Below, piece after piece: positions 39,824 through 49,198 of a stretch of 64,000 nt of DNA (within the stretch, counting starts at the first letter, position 1; each line of letters begins with the position of its first letter). The position numbers were made by a program, and so were the translations under genes. The notes beneath the pieces were generated by a model. The model saw nothing but the letters and a program-made list of their open reading frames with translations, had not been told where the DNA came from and made no database searches. The stretch spans positions 60,299 to 124,298 of the forward strand of contig CAYYWO010000002.1 of the NCBI GenBank assembly GCA_964474885.1. Direction: 5' to 3'. The stretch is from Candidatus Hadarchaeota archaeon (GTDB taxonomy: Archaea > Hadarchaeota > Hadarchaeia > Hadarchaeales > JAWBSP01).

Positions 39824-40985
39824 TTTCCAGCCTCTTGAGAATTACATCCAGGTCCTTGTCGCCCCTTCCGGAGTAGTTGATCACCACTATTTCATCCCGG
39901 TCGAATTCCTCGGGGTGGTTCAGCACATAAGCGATCGCGTGAGCCGTCTCCAGGGCGGGAATCAGGCCTTCCAGCTTACACGTCACCTTGACCGCTTGGA
40001 AGACCTCCTCATCAAAAGCGAAACAGGGCTTAACCCTCCCCGTTTCGACCAGGTGCGAGATCTCCGGACCCCTACCTGGATAATTCAAGCCAGCTGCACG
40101 GGTCTTGGAGGGCAAAACCTGACCGTGCCCATCCTGGAGCAGCTGCATGATCGCACCATGCAGGACCCCCGGCCTGCCCAGCGTGAAGGCGGCCGCACTG
40201 TTTTCGGCTTTCAAGCTCTCTCCACCCCCTTCCACAAAGTACAATCTCACCTGCTCGTCCTGCAGGAAGGCCCGGAAGGCCCCGATCGCATTGCTCCCAC
40301 CGCTCCCGCACGCCACTATAGCGTCGGGGAGTCTCCCCTCCTTCTCCAGTATCTGCGCTCTGATTTCCCTCCCTATCACGCTCTGGAAGGTAGCCACGAT
40401 CTCGGGAAAAGGATGGGGGCCAACGGTGGAACCCATGACGTAGTGCGTGTCACGAGAGCATCTTGCCCACTCCCGCAACGTATCCGAAACCGCGTCCTTC
40501 AAGAGCCCCCTGCCAAATTTAACGGGGGTGACTTTGGCTCCCAAGAGACGCATGCGCTTGACGTTGCTCGCCTGCCTCTCCATGTCACGGACTCCCATGA
40601 AGATCTCCACCTCCAGTCCCAGCACGTTGCCAGCCATTGCGACGGAAATTCCATGCTGGCCGGCTGCCGTTTCGGTTATGAGCCTTCTCTTTTTCATCCA
40701 CTTCGCAAGGAGGGCCTGACCTAGAGAATTGTTCAGCTTGTGCGAGCCCCCCGTCACCTGGTCCTCTCTCTTCAGGTAGATTTTGCATCCCACCCGCTCG
40801 CTCAGCCTCCTCGCGTGGTAGAGGGGAGTCGGTCTGCCGGCATAGTCCCTCAGCAACACATTGAGCTCCCGCTGGAATTCCGGAGTTGGGTATATCCGCT
40901 GGAAAGCCTCTTCCAGCTCCAAGAGCGCGTGCATCAGCACTTCGGGTGCAAAACAGCCGCCGAAGTTCCCGTACCTGCTCTTCAT
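39810..40985 (-). CDS. trpB: Tryptophan synthase beta chain
   Basis: GRPTPL, GSHKLNN, ETAAGQHG, SGRGDKD. Confidence 0.95.
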   Translation of the reverse strand: MKSRYGNFGGCFAPEVLMHALLELEEAFQRIYPTPEFQRELNVLLRDYAGRPTPLYHARRLSERVGCKIYLKREDQVTGGSHKLNNSLGQALLAKWMKKRRLITETAAGQHGISVAMAGNVLGLEVEIFMGVRDMERQASNVKRMRLLGAKVTPVKFGRGLLKDAVSDTLREWARCSRDTHYVMGSTVGPHPFPEIVATFQSVIGREIRAQILEKEGRLPDAIVACGSGGSNAIGAFRAFLQDEQVRLYFVEGGGESLKAENSAAAFTLGRPGVLHGAIMQLLQDGHGQVLPSKTRAAGLNYPGRGPEISHLVETGRVKPCFAFDEEVFQAVKVTCKLEGLIPALETAHAIAYVLNHPEEFDRDEIVVINYSGRGDKDLDVILKRLENELS

Positions 40986-41623
40986 CCCAAACCCCTCACT
41001 GCCTCGATGAACCTCATCATCAAGTGTGGATTCTTCTTACCGGGGGAGGACTCGACCCCAGTTGCCACATCCACTCCGGCAGGTTGTACGATCCTTATGG
41101 CCTCAACCACATTTTCTGGATTCAGCCCACCAGCGAGGAGGATGGGCTTATTCAATCTCTCCCGGAGTTTCCTATCCACTTCCCAGTCGTGGGTCCTCCC
41201 GCTTCCCCCTCCCTCCTTTACTTGCGTGTCCAGCAGAATGAAGTCCGAGAATACCTCGAGCTTCCTAGCCCTCTCGAGGAGTCTTCCGAAATCTGCCTGA
41301 GCGGTGGGGACGGGGAGCACGGCTATTATCCCCGAGGATAGACTCGACTTGGCCTGTGCGATGAGCTCCAGCTTTGTGGAGGGATGGAACTGGAAGTAGT
41401 CAGGAGAAAGCTCGTCTTGGAGCTGCAAAAGCTCTCCCAGATTTCTGGGTTTACAGACAACCACCCGCTTGCATTCAACGCTGGAAAGCAGTTCCTTGGC
41501 TTGTCGTACGCTAACCCGGCGTTTCGATCCCTCGACCAAGATGGTCCCAACCATGTCTGCCCCAAGTTCGCATGCCAGTTTTATGTCCTGAGGCTGCGTG
41601 AACCCGCAGATCTTGACTATCAT
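40982..41623 (-). CDS. trpF: Phosphoribosylanthranilate isomerase
   Basis: VKICG, GGSG, LAGGL, VDVATGVE. Confidence 0.94.
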   Translation of the reverse strand: MIVKICGFTQPQDIKLACELGADMVGTILVEGSKRRVSVRQAKELLSSVECKRVVVCKPRNLGELLQLQDELSPDYFQFHPSTKLELIAQAKSSLSSGIIAVLPVPTAQADFGRLLERARKLEVFSDFILLDTQVKEGGGSGRTHDWEVDRKLRERLNKPILLAGGLNPENVVEAIRIVQPAGVDVATGVESSPGKKNPHLMMRFIEAVRGLG

Positions 41624-42378
41624 GCCATTGCCCCCACGAATTCCCTGACTTTCGCTTCGGGGTCCGGGGCCCTCATCAATGCCGTGCCAACGAGTATGGC
41701 ATCCGCACCCGCGCGGACGACCCTCCGGGCATCCTCAGGAGTCCGTATGCCGCTCTCGCTGACCACGATGAAATCATCCGGTATCTTCGGCGCCAGCTTT
41801 TCCGTAACGGACAGGTCCACCTCCAGAGTTTCTAGGTCTCTATTGTTTATACCGATCATCTCAGCACCTGACTCCAGTGCGAGTTCAAGTTCCTCCTCGT
41901 CGTGTACCTCCACCAGCGGCTCCAAGCCCAGCTCCAAGCTCCTTTGTACGAAGTGCTTCAGCCTTTTCCCCAGCACCTTGGCTATAAGCAGGACGGCATC
42001 TGCACCTAAATGTGCCGACTCCAGCAGTTGGTACTCGTCCACGATAAAGTCCTTGCGCAGGATCGGAACATCTACCCTGCGGGAGACCCTGGTGATGTAG
42101 GATGCGTGCCCCGCAAAAAAATCTTCCTCCGTTAGCACGGACAGGGCTACGGCACCGCCCCTCACCATTGCCTCAGCGAGCTCCTCCACCCCCTCCGAAC
42201 TCGTTAGCCGCCCCGCTGACGGGGATGCCCGCTTTATTTCCGCAACAACAGGGAGATTTTCGCATCCCATGATTGCCGAACTGAGACTGCGGGATTCCCT
42301 CCGCACGGGTTCCAAGGGGTGCTCCGCTTTCCTCCCCTTCACCTTTTCCCGAGTCCTCGCGATTATCGTCGCTAGCAT
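41620..42378 (-). CDS. trpC: Indole-3-glycerol phosphate synthase
   Basis: [26 protein letters not shown]. Confidence 0.95.
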   Translation of the reverse strand: MLATIIARTREKVKGRKAEHPLEPVRRESRSLSSAIMGCENLPVVAEIKRASPSAGRLTSSEGVEELAEAMVRGGAVALSVLTEEDFFAGHASYITRVSRRVDVPILRKDFIVDEYQLLESAHLGADAVLLIAKVLGKRLKHFVQRSLELGLEPLVEVHDEEELELALESGAEMIGINNRDLETLEVDLSVTEKLAPKIPDDFIVVSESGIRTPEDARRVVRAGADAILVGTALMRAPDPEAKVREFVGAMA

Positions 42379-43430
42379 GCCGCCAGTTCCATTTTTCTAA
42401 GCTGCTGGATGTCTCCCCCGGTCTCCGTCAAGAATTCCACGAGCTTTTGGTATGCCTTTCCGGAGTCTATCAGCTGGGAGGCAACCTCCAAACCCTCCTT
42501 GATGTCCTTCACAAGTCCTCCGACCTTGAGGGCCGCACCAGCGTTGAGGAGAACTATATCCCTCCTAGCTCCCCGCTCCTGTCCTCTCAGGATTCTCAGC
42601 AAGATCTTCGCGTTCTCCTCGGCGTTCCCCCCGAGGAGCTCGGAGGGTTTTGCCCGGCGTATGCCGAAGTCCTCCACCTGAACGACGTAGCTCTCCACCC
42701 TACCATTCCTCAGCTCGGAAATCTTGGTGGGACCCAGCGTTGAAATCTCATCCAAGCCGTCCAGCCCGTGTACTACCATCGCCCTCTCACAGCCCAGTCT
42801 TTGTAGTACTTGGGCCACTTTCTCGGTGAGGGCCGCATCGTAAACCCCCAACAGCTGGGTTTTGACGAAAGCTGGATTCGTGAGGGGGCCCAGTATATTA
42901 AAAACTGTTCTCACTCCCAGCTCCCTCCGCACGGGGGTGGCATACCTCATGGCCGGATGGAACTTCGGGGCGAAAATGAATCCGAACCCAATCCTCTCTA
43001 TCGATGATTTTACTTCAGCCGGTTCCAAGCTTATCCTCGCTCCAAGCACCTCCAGGACATCCGCACTCCCCGCCTTGCTCGTGACCGACCGGTTCCCGTG
43101 CTTGGCTACCGGGATGCCGGCTGCTGCCACCACAAAGGCGGCGCATGTGCTCACGTTGAACGTCTTTATCCTGTCACCCCCTGTCCCACAGGTGTCCATC
43201 ATCGCCCTGTCGACCTCTGGTTCGACTCTGATGGCGAATTCCCTCATGACTTCGGCAAAAGCCGTTACTTCCTCCACGGTCTCCCCCTTCATCCGCAAGG
43301 CCACAAGAAAAGCTGCGATCTGCGTGGGTTTCGCCCTTCCCGACATCAAGTCCTTCATCGCCTCCCTAGCTTCTCCACGGGTCAGATCGGAACCGCCCAG
43401 CACTTTCGAAAGAGCTTGCTGCAGGCTCAA
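42372..43430 (-). CDS. trpD: Anthranilate phosphoribosyltransferase
   Basis: GTGGD, NVST, KHGNR, GLDE. Confidence 0.96.
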   Translation of the reverse strand: MSLQQALSKVLGGSDLTRGEAREAMKDLMSGRAKPTQIAAFLVALRMKGETVEEVTAFAEVMREFAIRVEPEVDRAMMDTCGTGGDRIKTFNVSTCAAFVVAAAGIPVAKHGNRSVTSKAGSADVLEVLGARISLEPAEVKSSIERIGFGFIFAPKFHPAMRYATPVRRELGVRTVFNILGPLTNPAFVKTQLLGVYDAALTEKVAQVLQRLGCERAMVVHGLDGLDEISTLGPTKISELRNGRVESYVVQVEDFGIRRAKPSELLGGNAEENAKILLRILRGQERGARRDIVLLNAGAALKVGGLVKDIKEGLEVASQLIDSGKAYQKLVEFLTETGGDIQQLRKMELAAC

Positions 43431-44002
43431 CCCACCAACTCCAGGAAGTTTCTCACCAGTCTCTTGCCGTGCGGGGTCAGGATGGACTCCGGGTGAAACT
43501 GAACACCGTAGACGGGACGATCTCTGTACCTGATCCCCATTATTTCCCTGTCCCTATCGTCGGTCTCCGCAATTATCTCCAGACACTTGGGCAGGCTCCG
43601 TCGATCCACGGCCAGGGAATGGTAGCGTGTAGCCTCGAAGGGATTGGGGATCCCCTGAAATATCTCCCCGCCAAAATACCTGATCCTGGAAACCTTGCCG
43701 TGCATCAGCCGTTTCGCCTGCACGACGCGGCCACCGAAGGCATATGCAATTACCTGATGTCCGAGGCACACGCCCAGGATGGGGATGCGATCCACAAAGT
43801 ATTCCACTGCACGCACCGATACACCTGCCGTCTCGGGTCTGCCCGGACCCGGGGAAATTATCATGCAGTCCGGTTCCGCTTTGACGATGGCCCGCAGGCT
43901 CGTGTCGTTCCTGAAGACCACAGGGTCTGCTCCCAGTTCCCCGACGTAATGAACTAGGTTGTAAACGAATGAATCCACGTTATCTATAACCGCCACCTTC
44001 AC
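43427..44002 (-). CDS. trpG: Anthranilate synthase glutaminase component
   Basis: SPGPG, GVCLGHQ, RYHSL, QFHPES. Confidence 0.95.
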   Translation of the reverse strand: MKVAVIDNVDSFVYNLVHYVGELGADPVVFRNDTSLRAIVKAEPDCMIISPGPGRPETAGVSVRAVEYFVDRIPILGVCLGHQVIAYAFGGRVVQAKRLMHGKVSRIRYFGGEIFQGIPNPFEATRYHSLAVDRRSLPKCLEIIAETDDRDREIMGIRYRDRPVYGVQFHPESILTPHGKRLVRNFLELVG

Positions 44003-45348
44003 TGCCTCACCCCTGCTGCAACCAAGAGGGCTCTCGCTTTGTTCTGGGTCTCCAAGTACTCCTGCGAGGGAATCGAGTCGGCCACGATCCCGGCACCCAC
44101 CTGGATGTACGCCGCGTCTCTCCCTGCCACCAGCGTTCTTATCGTTATTGCAAAATCAGCATCCCCGGTGAAGCTGAAGAACCCAACCGCCCCCGCGTAG
44201 ATCCCTCTGGAAGTCGGTTCGAGTTCCTCTATTATCTCCATCGCCCTCACCTTGGGGGCTCCGGTAACAGTCCCTGCTGGAAAGGTTGCCCGAAGGATAT
44301 CGAAGGCGTCCGTTCCCTCCCTCACCTTTCCCACAACGTTGCTGACCAAGTGCTGCACATGGCTGTATTTCTCAACCCGCATGAATTCCGTCACCCGAAC
44401 AGAACCAAACTCCGAGACCTTCCCCAGATCATTCCTGGCGAGATCTACCAGCATCACATGCTCGGCCCTTTCCTTCTCGTCATGGATCAGCTCCCGCTCC
44501 ATGAGCTCCTCGTCCTTGGAGTTGAGTCCCCGTCTCCGCGTCCCCGCGATGGGTCTCGTGGTGACCTCCCTGCCCTCCTTCCTGACGAGAACCTCCGGAC
44601 TTGAACCCACAACCTTCCACCCAAGAAAGTCGAGGAAAAACATGTAAGGTGATGGATTTATTCTCCTCAACCTCTTGTAGAACATCTCGAGATCGGGGCA
44701 GGGACTGAGGCGGAAGCGCCTGGAAAGAACTACCTGAATCACCTCTCCCGCCCTTATGTAACCTTTGGCCTCCCTCACCATTTTCTCAAACTCTCCTCTG
44801 CTCATGTTGCAGGAGACCCTAGGTCGGACGTTGGCTGGGGAAGAGGATTTGTACCTTGCGAGTGCAAGAAGTGCCTTGAGTTCCGCACGTATGTCAGCTA
44901 CAGCTTTCCCGCGTCCGAGTGAAAGGAACACAAAATGGGTTTTTGACATGACGTGATCCACCACAACGACCTTTGAAGGCACCATGAATTCCAAAATCGG
45001 CTGCCTGAGATCGTCCACGGTGAGTTTCCTTATGCCGTAGAGATACCTGACATAGTCGTAGCTGAGGTAACCGACACAGGGTGTGAAGTAGGGCAGGCCA
45101 CAACTTTTGATTCTATCCAAGACCGCCGATCTCTCCAAGACTCGGAGCGGGTCGGCGCCACCTGAGTTGTCTACCCTGATGTACAGGAGAGGATCGAATC
45201 CCAAAACGGAATGCCTCCCTCCCGCCACGGACGAGGCTCCCGACTCCAGCAGGAAGCATGGGGTGCCCCTACGCCGGATCCCAAAGAACATCCTAGCCGG
45301 GTCTACCCCGGAATTCAGCTCCAGATGTGCCAGTTTGAGTTCTCCCAT
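43999..45348 (-). CDS. trpE: Anthranilate synthase component I
   Basis: LLES, NPSPYM, AGTR, EHVMLVDLARND, GAPK. Confidence 0.94.
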   Translation of the reverse strand: MGELKLAHLELNSGVDPARMFFGIRRRGTPCFLLESGASSVAGGRHSVLGFDPLLYIRVDNSGGADPLRVLERSAVLDRIKSCGLPYFTPCVGYLSYDYVRYLYGIRKLTVDDLRQPILEFMVPSKVVVVDHVMSKTHFVFLSLGRGKAVADIRAELKALLALARYKSSSPANVRPRVSCNMSRGEFEKMVREAKGYIRAGEVIQVVLSRRFRLSPCPDLEMFYKRLRRINPSPYMFFLDFLGWKVVGSSPEVLVRKEGREVTTRPIAGTRRRGLNSKDEELMERELIHDEKERAEHVMLVDLARNDLGKVSEFGSVRVTEFMRVEKYSHVQHLVSNVVGKVREGTDAFDILRATFPAGTVTGAPKVRAMEIIEELEPTSRGIYAGAVGFFSFTGDADFAITIRTLVAGRDAAYIQVGAGIVADSIPSQEYLETQNKARALLVAAGVRQ

Positions 45349-45452
45349 CTTCTCTAACGTTAATGTTCAATTTAATACTTTATTGCTCATTTTTGTACAT
45401 CAATTAAAACAACGAATTTAAAATGAGCTGAGCAAAACCAAGGAGGTGGAAC

Positions 45453-45671
45453 ATGGCCAAGAAAAAAGCGAAGGAAAAAGTTTCCATCCCGGCCGCCACC
45501 ATCGTCAGACTACTGAAAAGTGCTGGAGCTGACAGAGTGGCGGGAGATGTACCAGATGCCGTGAACAAAATCCTGCTGGAGATAGCAAAGGCTGCCGTCC
45601 GATCCGCCAAGGCAGCCGGCAGAAAGACCGTTAGCTCCGAGGACTTCCGGCTGGTGGTGGTCTCGGGATAA
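45453..45671 (+). CDS. Archaeal histone-fold protein with Lys-rich N-terminal extension
   Basis: RLLK.AGADRV..AGRKTV..ED; strong SD GGAGGTG; T-rich tract downstream. Confidence 0.88.
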   Translation: MAKKKAKEKVSIPAATIVRLLKSAGADRVAGDVPDAVNKILLEIAKAAVRSAKAAGRKTVSSEDFRLVVVSG

Positions 45672-45679
45672 AGCTGGAG

Positions 45680-45710
45680 GTTTTGGGTTTTTATTATCTT
45701 TTGTTCTTTT
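45680..45710 (+). terminator. Oligo-T archaeal terminator after the histone gene
   Basis: GTTTTGGGTTTTTATTATCTTTTGTTCTTTT. Confidence 0.6.
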
Positions 45711-45727
45711 CAGGCGCCCAGCTGGTA

Positions 45728-46135
45728 CTAGGCGCTTACTTTCACCCGCTCTATTTTCCGCCTCCCTAGGGCTTCGATGTACTCCACCTCAACCCCTTCC
45801 TTCACTTCGCCCCTGAGCTCGAGAGGAATGGGCAACTCAAAGGTCTCGTACGTCTCGAGATCCATGAGGTGCGCATTGTTCTCCACGATGGCCAAAACTT
45901 GGGCGCTTCCGCGCTTGACAATTGGGACCTCGGCCCTGGCGCTCGTTGGTTTAACTATACTCCTCTTTTGGCCGTCGAAGAGGCCTATCGCGTCTATCTT
46001 GGCCTTGGCGTGGCCGTGCTTTCCCGGTGCCGAAGTTGCAAATCCAACGATCTTGCACGGCTCCCCATCTATTACTATGAATCTCCCCTCCCTCAGTTTC
46101 CCGATCTCCGTTACCTCAACTTCCATACCCTTCAT
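45728..46135 (-). CDS. eif5a: Translation factor aIF5A
   Basis: PGKHGHAK hypusine motif. Confidence 0.96.
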   Translation of the reverse strand: MKGMEVEVTEIGKLREGRFIVIDGEPCKIVGFATSAPGKHGHAKAKIDAIGLFDGQKRSIVKPTSARAEVPIVKRGSAQVLAIVENNAHLMDLETYETFELPIPLELRGEVKEGVEVEYIEALGRRKIERVKVSA

Positions 46136-46158
46136 AGTTCTACGGTTTAAAGAAGCAT

Positions 46159-46671
46159 ATGCGGGGGCAAGTGATGGACAAGGCTCGGAAATCCTGCCTC
46201 GTTTTGGATGCCAGTGCCTTGATCTCCTCCCCTGTTACTTTTGAGGGATACACCGTGAAGGAAATCATAGAGGAGGTCAAGAGTTTTCCCGCGAGCACCC
46301 GAGTTCTCCCACAGAAGATCCAAGTGATGGAACCTAGGCCCGAGCTGGTGAAGAAAGTTGAGAACGCAACGAAGCAAACCGGCGATCGCCTTTCAGTGGC
46401 TGACACCAAGCTTATCGCACTTGCCTTAGAACTCTCGGAGAAAGGAAAAGATCCCGTAATCACAACGGACGATTTTTCGATACAAAATGTCGCGGCCTTC
46501 CTAGGCCTGAACTACAGACCTGTCCTGACGCAAGGGATCAAAGAGGCTATCAAGTGGATCTGGATTTGCCCCACCTGTAACAGGAGCTATCCGAGCTTCA
46601 GGGCAAGATGCGAAGTGTGTGGGGGGAAGCTCGTCAAAAGGGTGTCAAGGCGATATAAAATCGGGGGATAG
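46159..46671 (+). CDS. nob1: Nob1 rRNA maturation endonuclease (PIN + Zn ribbon)
   Basis: VLDASA, LSVAD, TDDFSIQNVA, CPTC..CEVCG. Confidence 0.92.
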   Translation: MRGQVMDKARKSCLVLDASALISSPVTFEGYTVKEIIEEVKSFPASTRVLPQKIQVMEPRPELVKKVENATKQTGDRLSVADTKLIALALELSEKGKDPVITTDDFSIQNVAAFLGLNYRPVLTQGIKEAIKWIWICPTCNRSYPSFRARCEVCGGKLVKRVSRRYKIGG

Positions 46672-46677
46672 GTTGGG

Positions 46678-47349
46678 ATGAGATTTTTCGGCAAGAAGGA
46701 GAAGAATGCGTTCGAGATCCTACAAGAGGCCTGCAAGAGGTTGAAGGAGATGGGTGCTGGCTGCGAGAGATTGATCTCTGCCTTCTTCGAAGAAGGGGAC
46801 CTGAAGCATGCCGAGGGGATAGGTGACGAAATAATGAACTTGGAGTCGAGAGCTGATGAAGACAGAAGGACTTTCATCCAGAAACTGTATGACGGTGCCT
46901 TCCACCCCACCTGGCGGGGGGACCTAGTGGATCTGGCCGAAAGGCTGGACAAGGTAGCCGATTCGATCGAGGACGTCGCAAGCTTGCTACTTCTCAGGGA
47001 GAAGCTATTCCGAAAGCTCGGAGGGAAAAGAAGACAAGTCGGGAAAGGACTGAAAAAGCTTGCAAAAACCTGCACACAAACCGTTCAGGCTTTAACCGAG
47101 GCCATCGAATTTTTACGCTCAGATCTCCACAGGGCTGTGCTCAAAACTCACGAGGTCCAAGAACTCGAAAAGAAGGCCGATCTCCTCGAGAATGAGTTCA
47201 GAGCCAGCTTGGAAGCACTGGAGAGCAAGCTGGATCCTCTGAGCATAATTCAGCTGGGAGAAATTGCGCAGAAATTGGGCGAAATCTGCGATGTAGCAGA
47301 GGACACTGGTGATGTCATCTTGAGGTTCGCCTCGGGACTTAGAGGATAA
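46678..47349 (+). CDS. DUF47/PhoU-like phosphate transport regulator
   Basis: Repeated LE..AD motifs, DKVADSIED. Confidence 0.85.
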   Translation: MRFFGKKEKNAFEILQEACKRLKEMGAGCERLISAFFEEGDLKHAEGIGDEIMNLESRADEDRRTFIQKLYDGAFHPTWRGDLVDLAERLDKVADSIEDVASLLLLREKLFRKLGGKRRQVGKGLKKLAKTCTQTVQALTEAIEFLRSDLHRAVLKTHEVQELEKKADLLENEFRASLEALESKLDPLSIIQLGEIAQKLGEICDVAEDTGDVILRFASGLRG

Positions 47350-48292
47350 CCAGAGAGCAAGAGAGCGAAATCAGGAGACCTAGAAGGGGGGCAAGTACCC
47401 AGGCAACCAGAATTCTTTTGACGGTCCTTGCGCTGACCGCGGTCACTCCCTTAGACAAACCGACTCCAATCACCGAACCGACTAGTGCCTGAGTCATGGA
47501 GACAGGAAGGCCGAACTGAACGAAGGACCAGACCGTCAGAGCAGCGGCAAACTGAGCCGGAAAGGCCGTGAACAGATCGAGAGAAGTGACGCCCGCCCCC
47601 ACTGTCAGAACCACTCTCCAGCTGAGAAGCAGGGCCCCGAGGGCCATCATCAGGCTCACTAGAAAGGCGAACGGGATACCGGAACCTACTGCCGTCGCAA
47701 GCCCCAACAATGCTCCCCCATCGTTCGCCCCGTTGGCGTATGCCACATATGCCGAAGCAACTGGGAGGAAAATCTTGAAAAGCTTATCCAAGCCCAGCAT
47801 GCTTCGAATACGGACCAAGGCCCGACCGAATATGTTTGCCAGCAAAAAACCCAATGACAGGGAGATCCCAGGGGCTAGAATCCAGCAAACTAGCATCAGT
47901 CGAAGGACGGGAAAGTTCAGCTGTTGCACTCCCACAGTAGCCAGTGCGGCTCCAACCGTGGAGGCTATCATGGTCTGGGTGGTGGAAACGGGCAAGCCCA
48001 ACAGAATGAAGATGAAGGAGGACACAACCACCGCAAAACCTATGGGAACGACAAAAGCAGGGTGAAGTTCAAAGAAAGGGCCTCCGAGGACGAGCTTTTC
48101 GGCAACCGTTTCCTGCACCTTCCAACCTTCTAGGAGGACACCAAGGGTCAAAAAGCATGCAGCAAAGACGAGAGCTTTTCTGAGGGTGAAAAGTTTCCCG
48201 CCCACTAGCGTGGAGATCGAATTGCACGTGTCTCCGGCCCCTATGCACAGAGCTAGTGCGAGCAGAATCAGGAGAAGCATGTTTAACTTCAA
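47339..48292 (-). CDS. PiT-family inorganic phosphate transporter
   Basis: GAGD/GAND repeats, PVSTTQ, PVSMTQ. Confidence 0.85.
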   Translation of the reverse strand: MKLNMLLLILLALALCIGAGDTCNSISTLVGGKLFTLRKALVFAACFLTLGVLLEGWKVQETVAEKLVLGGPFFELHPAFVVPIGFAVVVSSFIFILLGLPVSTTQTMIASTVGAALATVGVQQLNFPVLRLMLVCWILAPGISLSLGFLLANIFGRALVRIRSMLGLDKLFKIFLPVASAYVAYANGANDGGALLGLATAVGSGIPFAFLVSLMMALGALLLSWRVVLTVGAGVTSLDLFTAFPAQFAAALTVWSFVQFGLPVSMTQALVGSVIGVGLSKGVTAVSARTVKRILVAWVLAPLLGLLISLSCSLVIL

Positions 48293-48307
48293 ACGCTGAC
48301 GCCAGAA

Positions 48308-49198
48308 ATGAACTCTGTACTGGTGGTTCTGTCATCCCTAGTACCGATCGGGTTGGGTTGGCTGATGCAAAAATTTCGCCCAGCCGACCGTTTCTTCAAC
48401 ATACTCAAGGTACTGTCCGTCTGGGTCATACTTCCACTGATAGCTTTCATGTACGTTGGTGGGCTGACCCCCAGAGAGATAGGTGCAAAATCGGGTTCGG
48501 TCGTTCTAGCCGCCATCGCAAGCTCAACCTGTTTTTTCGTCACAATACCTTTCACGCTGAAGCTACCGAGAGAAGAAGGTGCTGCCCTCCTTCTAAATTC
48601 CTCTTTTGGAAACGTGGGGCATCTAGGCCTCCCCATCGTGTTTCTTAAGTTCGGGCCGAGCGCCATGCCGGCTGCCGTGCTGTACTCAGTGACGGTTGCC
48701 ATTCTCAATCTGTTCATGGGTACCCTCCTTCTGCATTTACTCCTCTCGACAAAACTCCGATTCATTTTCGTCCAGACTTTGACCTTCCCTGCTCTGGTCC
48801 TTCTCCTCGTTGCCGTCGGCATGGTTTATGCCGGGGCACCTGTTCCCCCCAGCATGGTTAACTTCTTCAGCTGCTGGATTTTCCCCGTCTTTGGCTTCCT
48901 GCTGTTGCTCCAAGTTGGTTACTACCTACGCTTCCCACTGGCAGGCAGATATGCACTTCACCTACCTCTCGTTGGCTCGATGAGATTCGTCCTCTCTCCC
49001 TTGACAACACTGGCCCTCGCTGAACTCCTGGGCTTGCACACTTCACCTATCTTAGGACCTGCTCTCGTGCTCTCCGCAACGCCCCCTGCCGTGTTCAACA
49101 TGATCCTAGCCCAGCTGCTTGGATTGGACTCCAGACCTTACTCATTGACCTTCTTCTCATTGACGCTCGTCTCACTACCCATCCTCTGGCTCCTCTGA
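48308..49198 (+). CDS. AEC (malate/auxin efflux carrier) family permease
   Basis: FGNVGHLGLP, RFVLSP, ATPPA; many TM segments. Confidence 0.8.
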   Translation: MNSVLVVLSSLVPIGLGWLMQKFRPADRFFNILKVLSVWVILPLIAFMYVGGLTPREIGAKSGSVVLAAIASSTCFFVTIPFTLKLPREEGAALLLNSSFGNVGHLGLPIVFLKFGPSAMPAAVLYSVTVAILNLFMGTLLLHLLLSTKLRFIFVQTLTFPALVLLLVAVGMVYAGAPVPPSMVNFFSCWIFPVFGFLLLLQVGYYLRFPLAGRYALHLPLVGSMRFVLSPLTTLALAELLGLHTSPILGPALVLSATPPAVFNMILAQLLGLDSRPYSLTFFSLTLVSLPILWLL

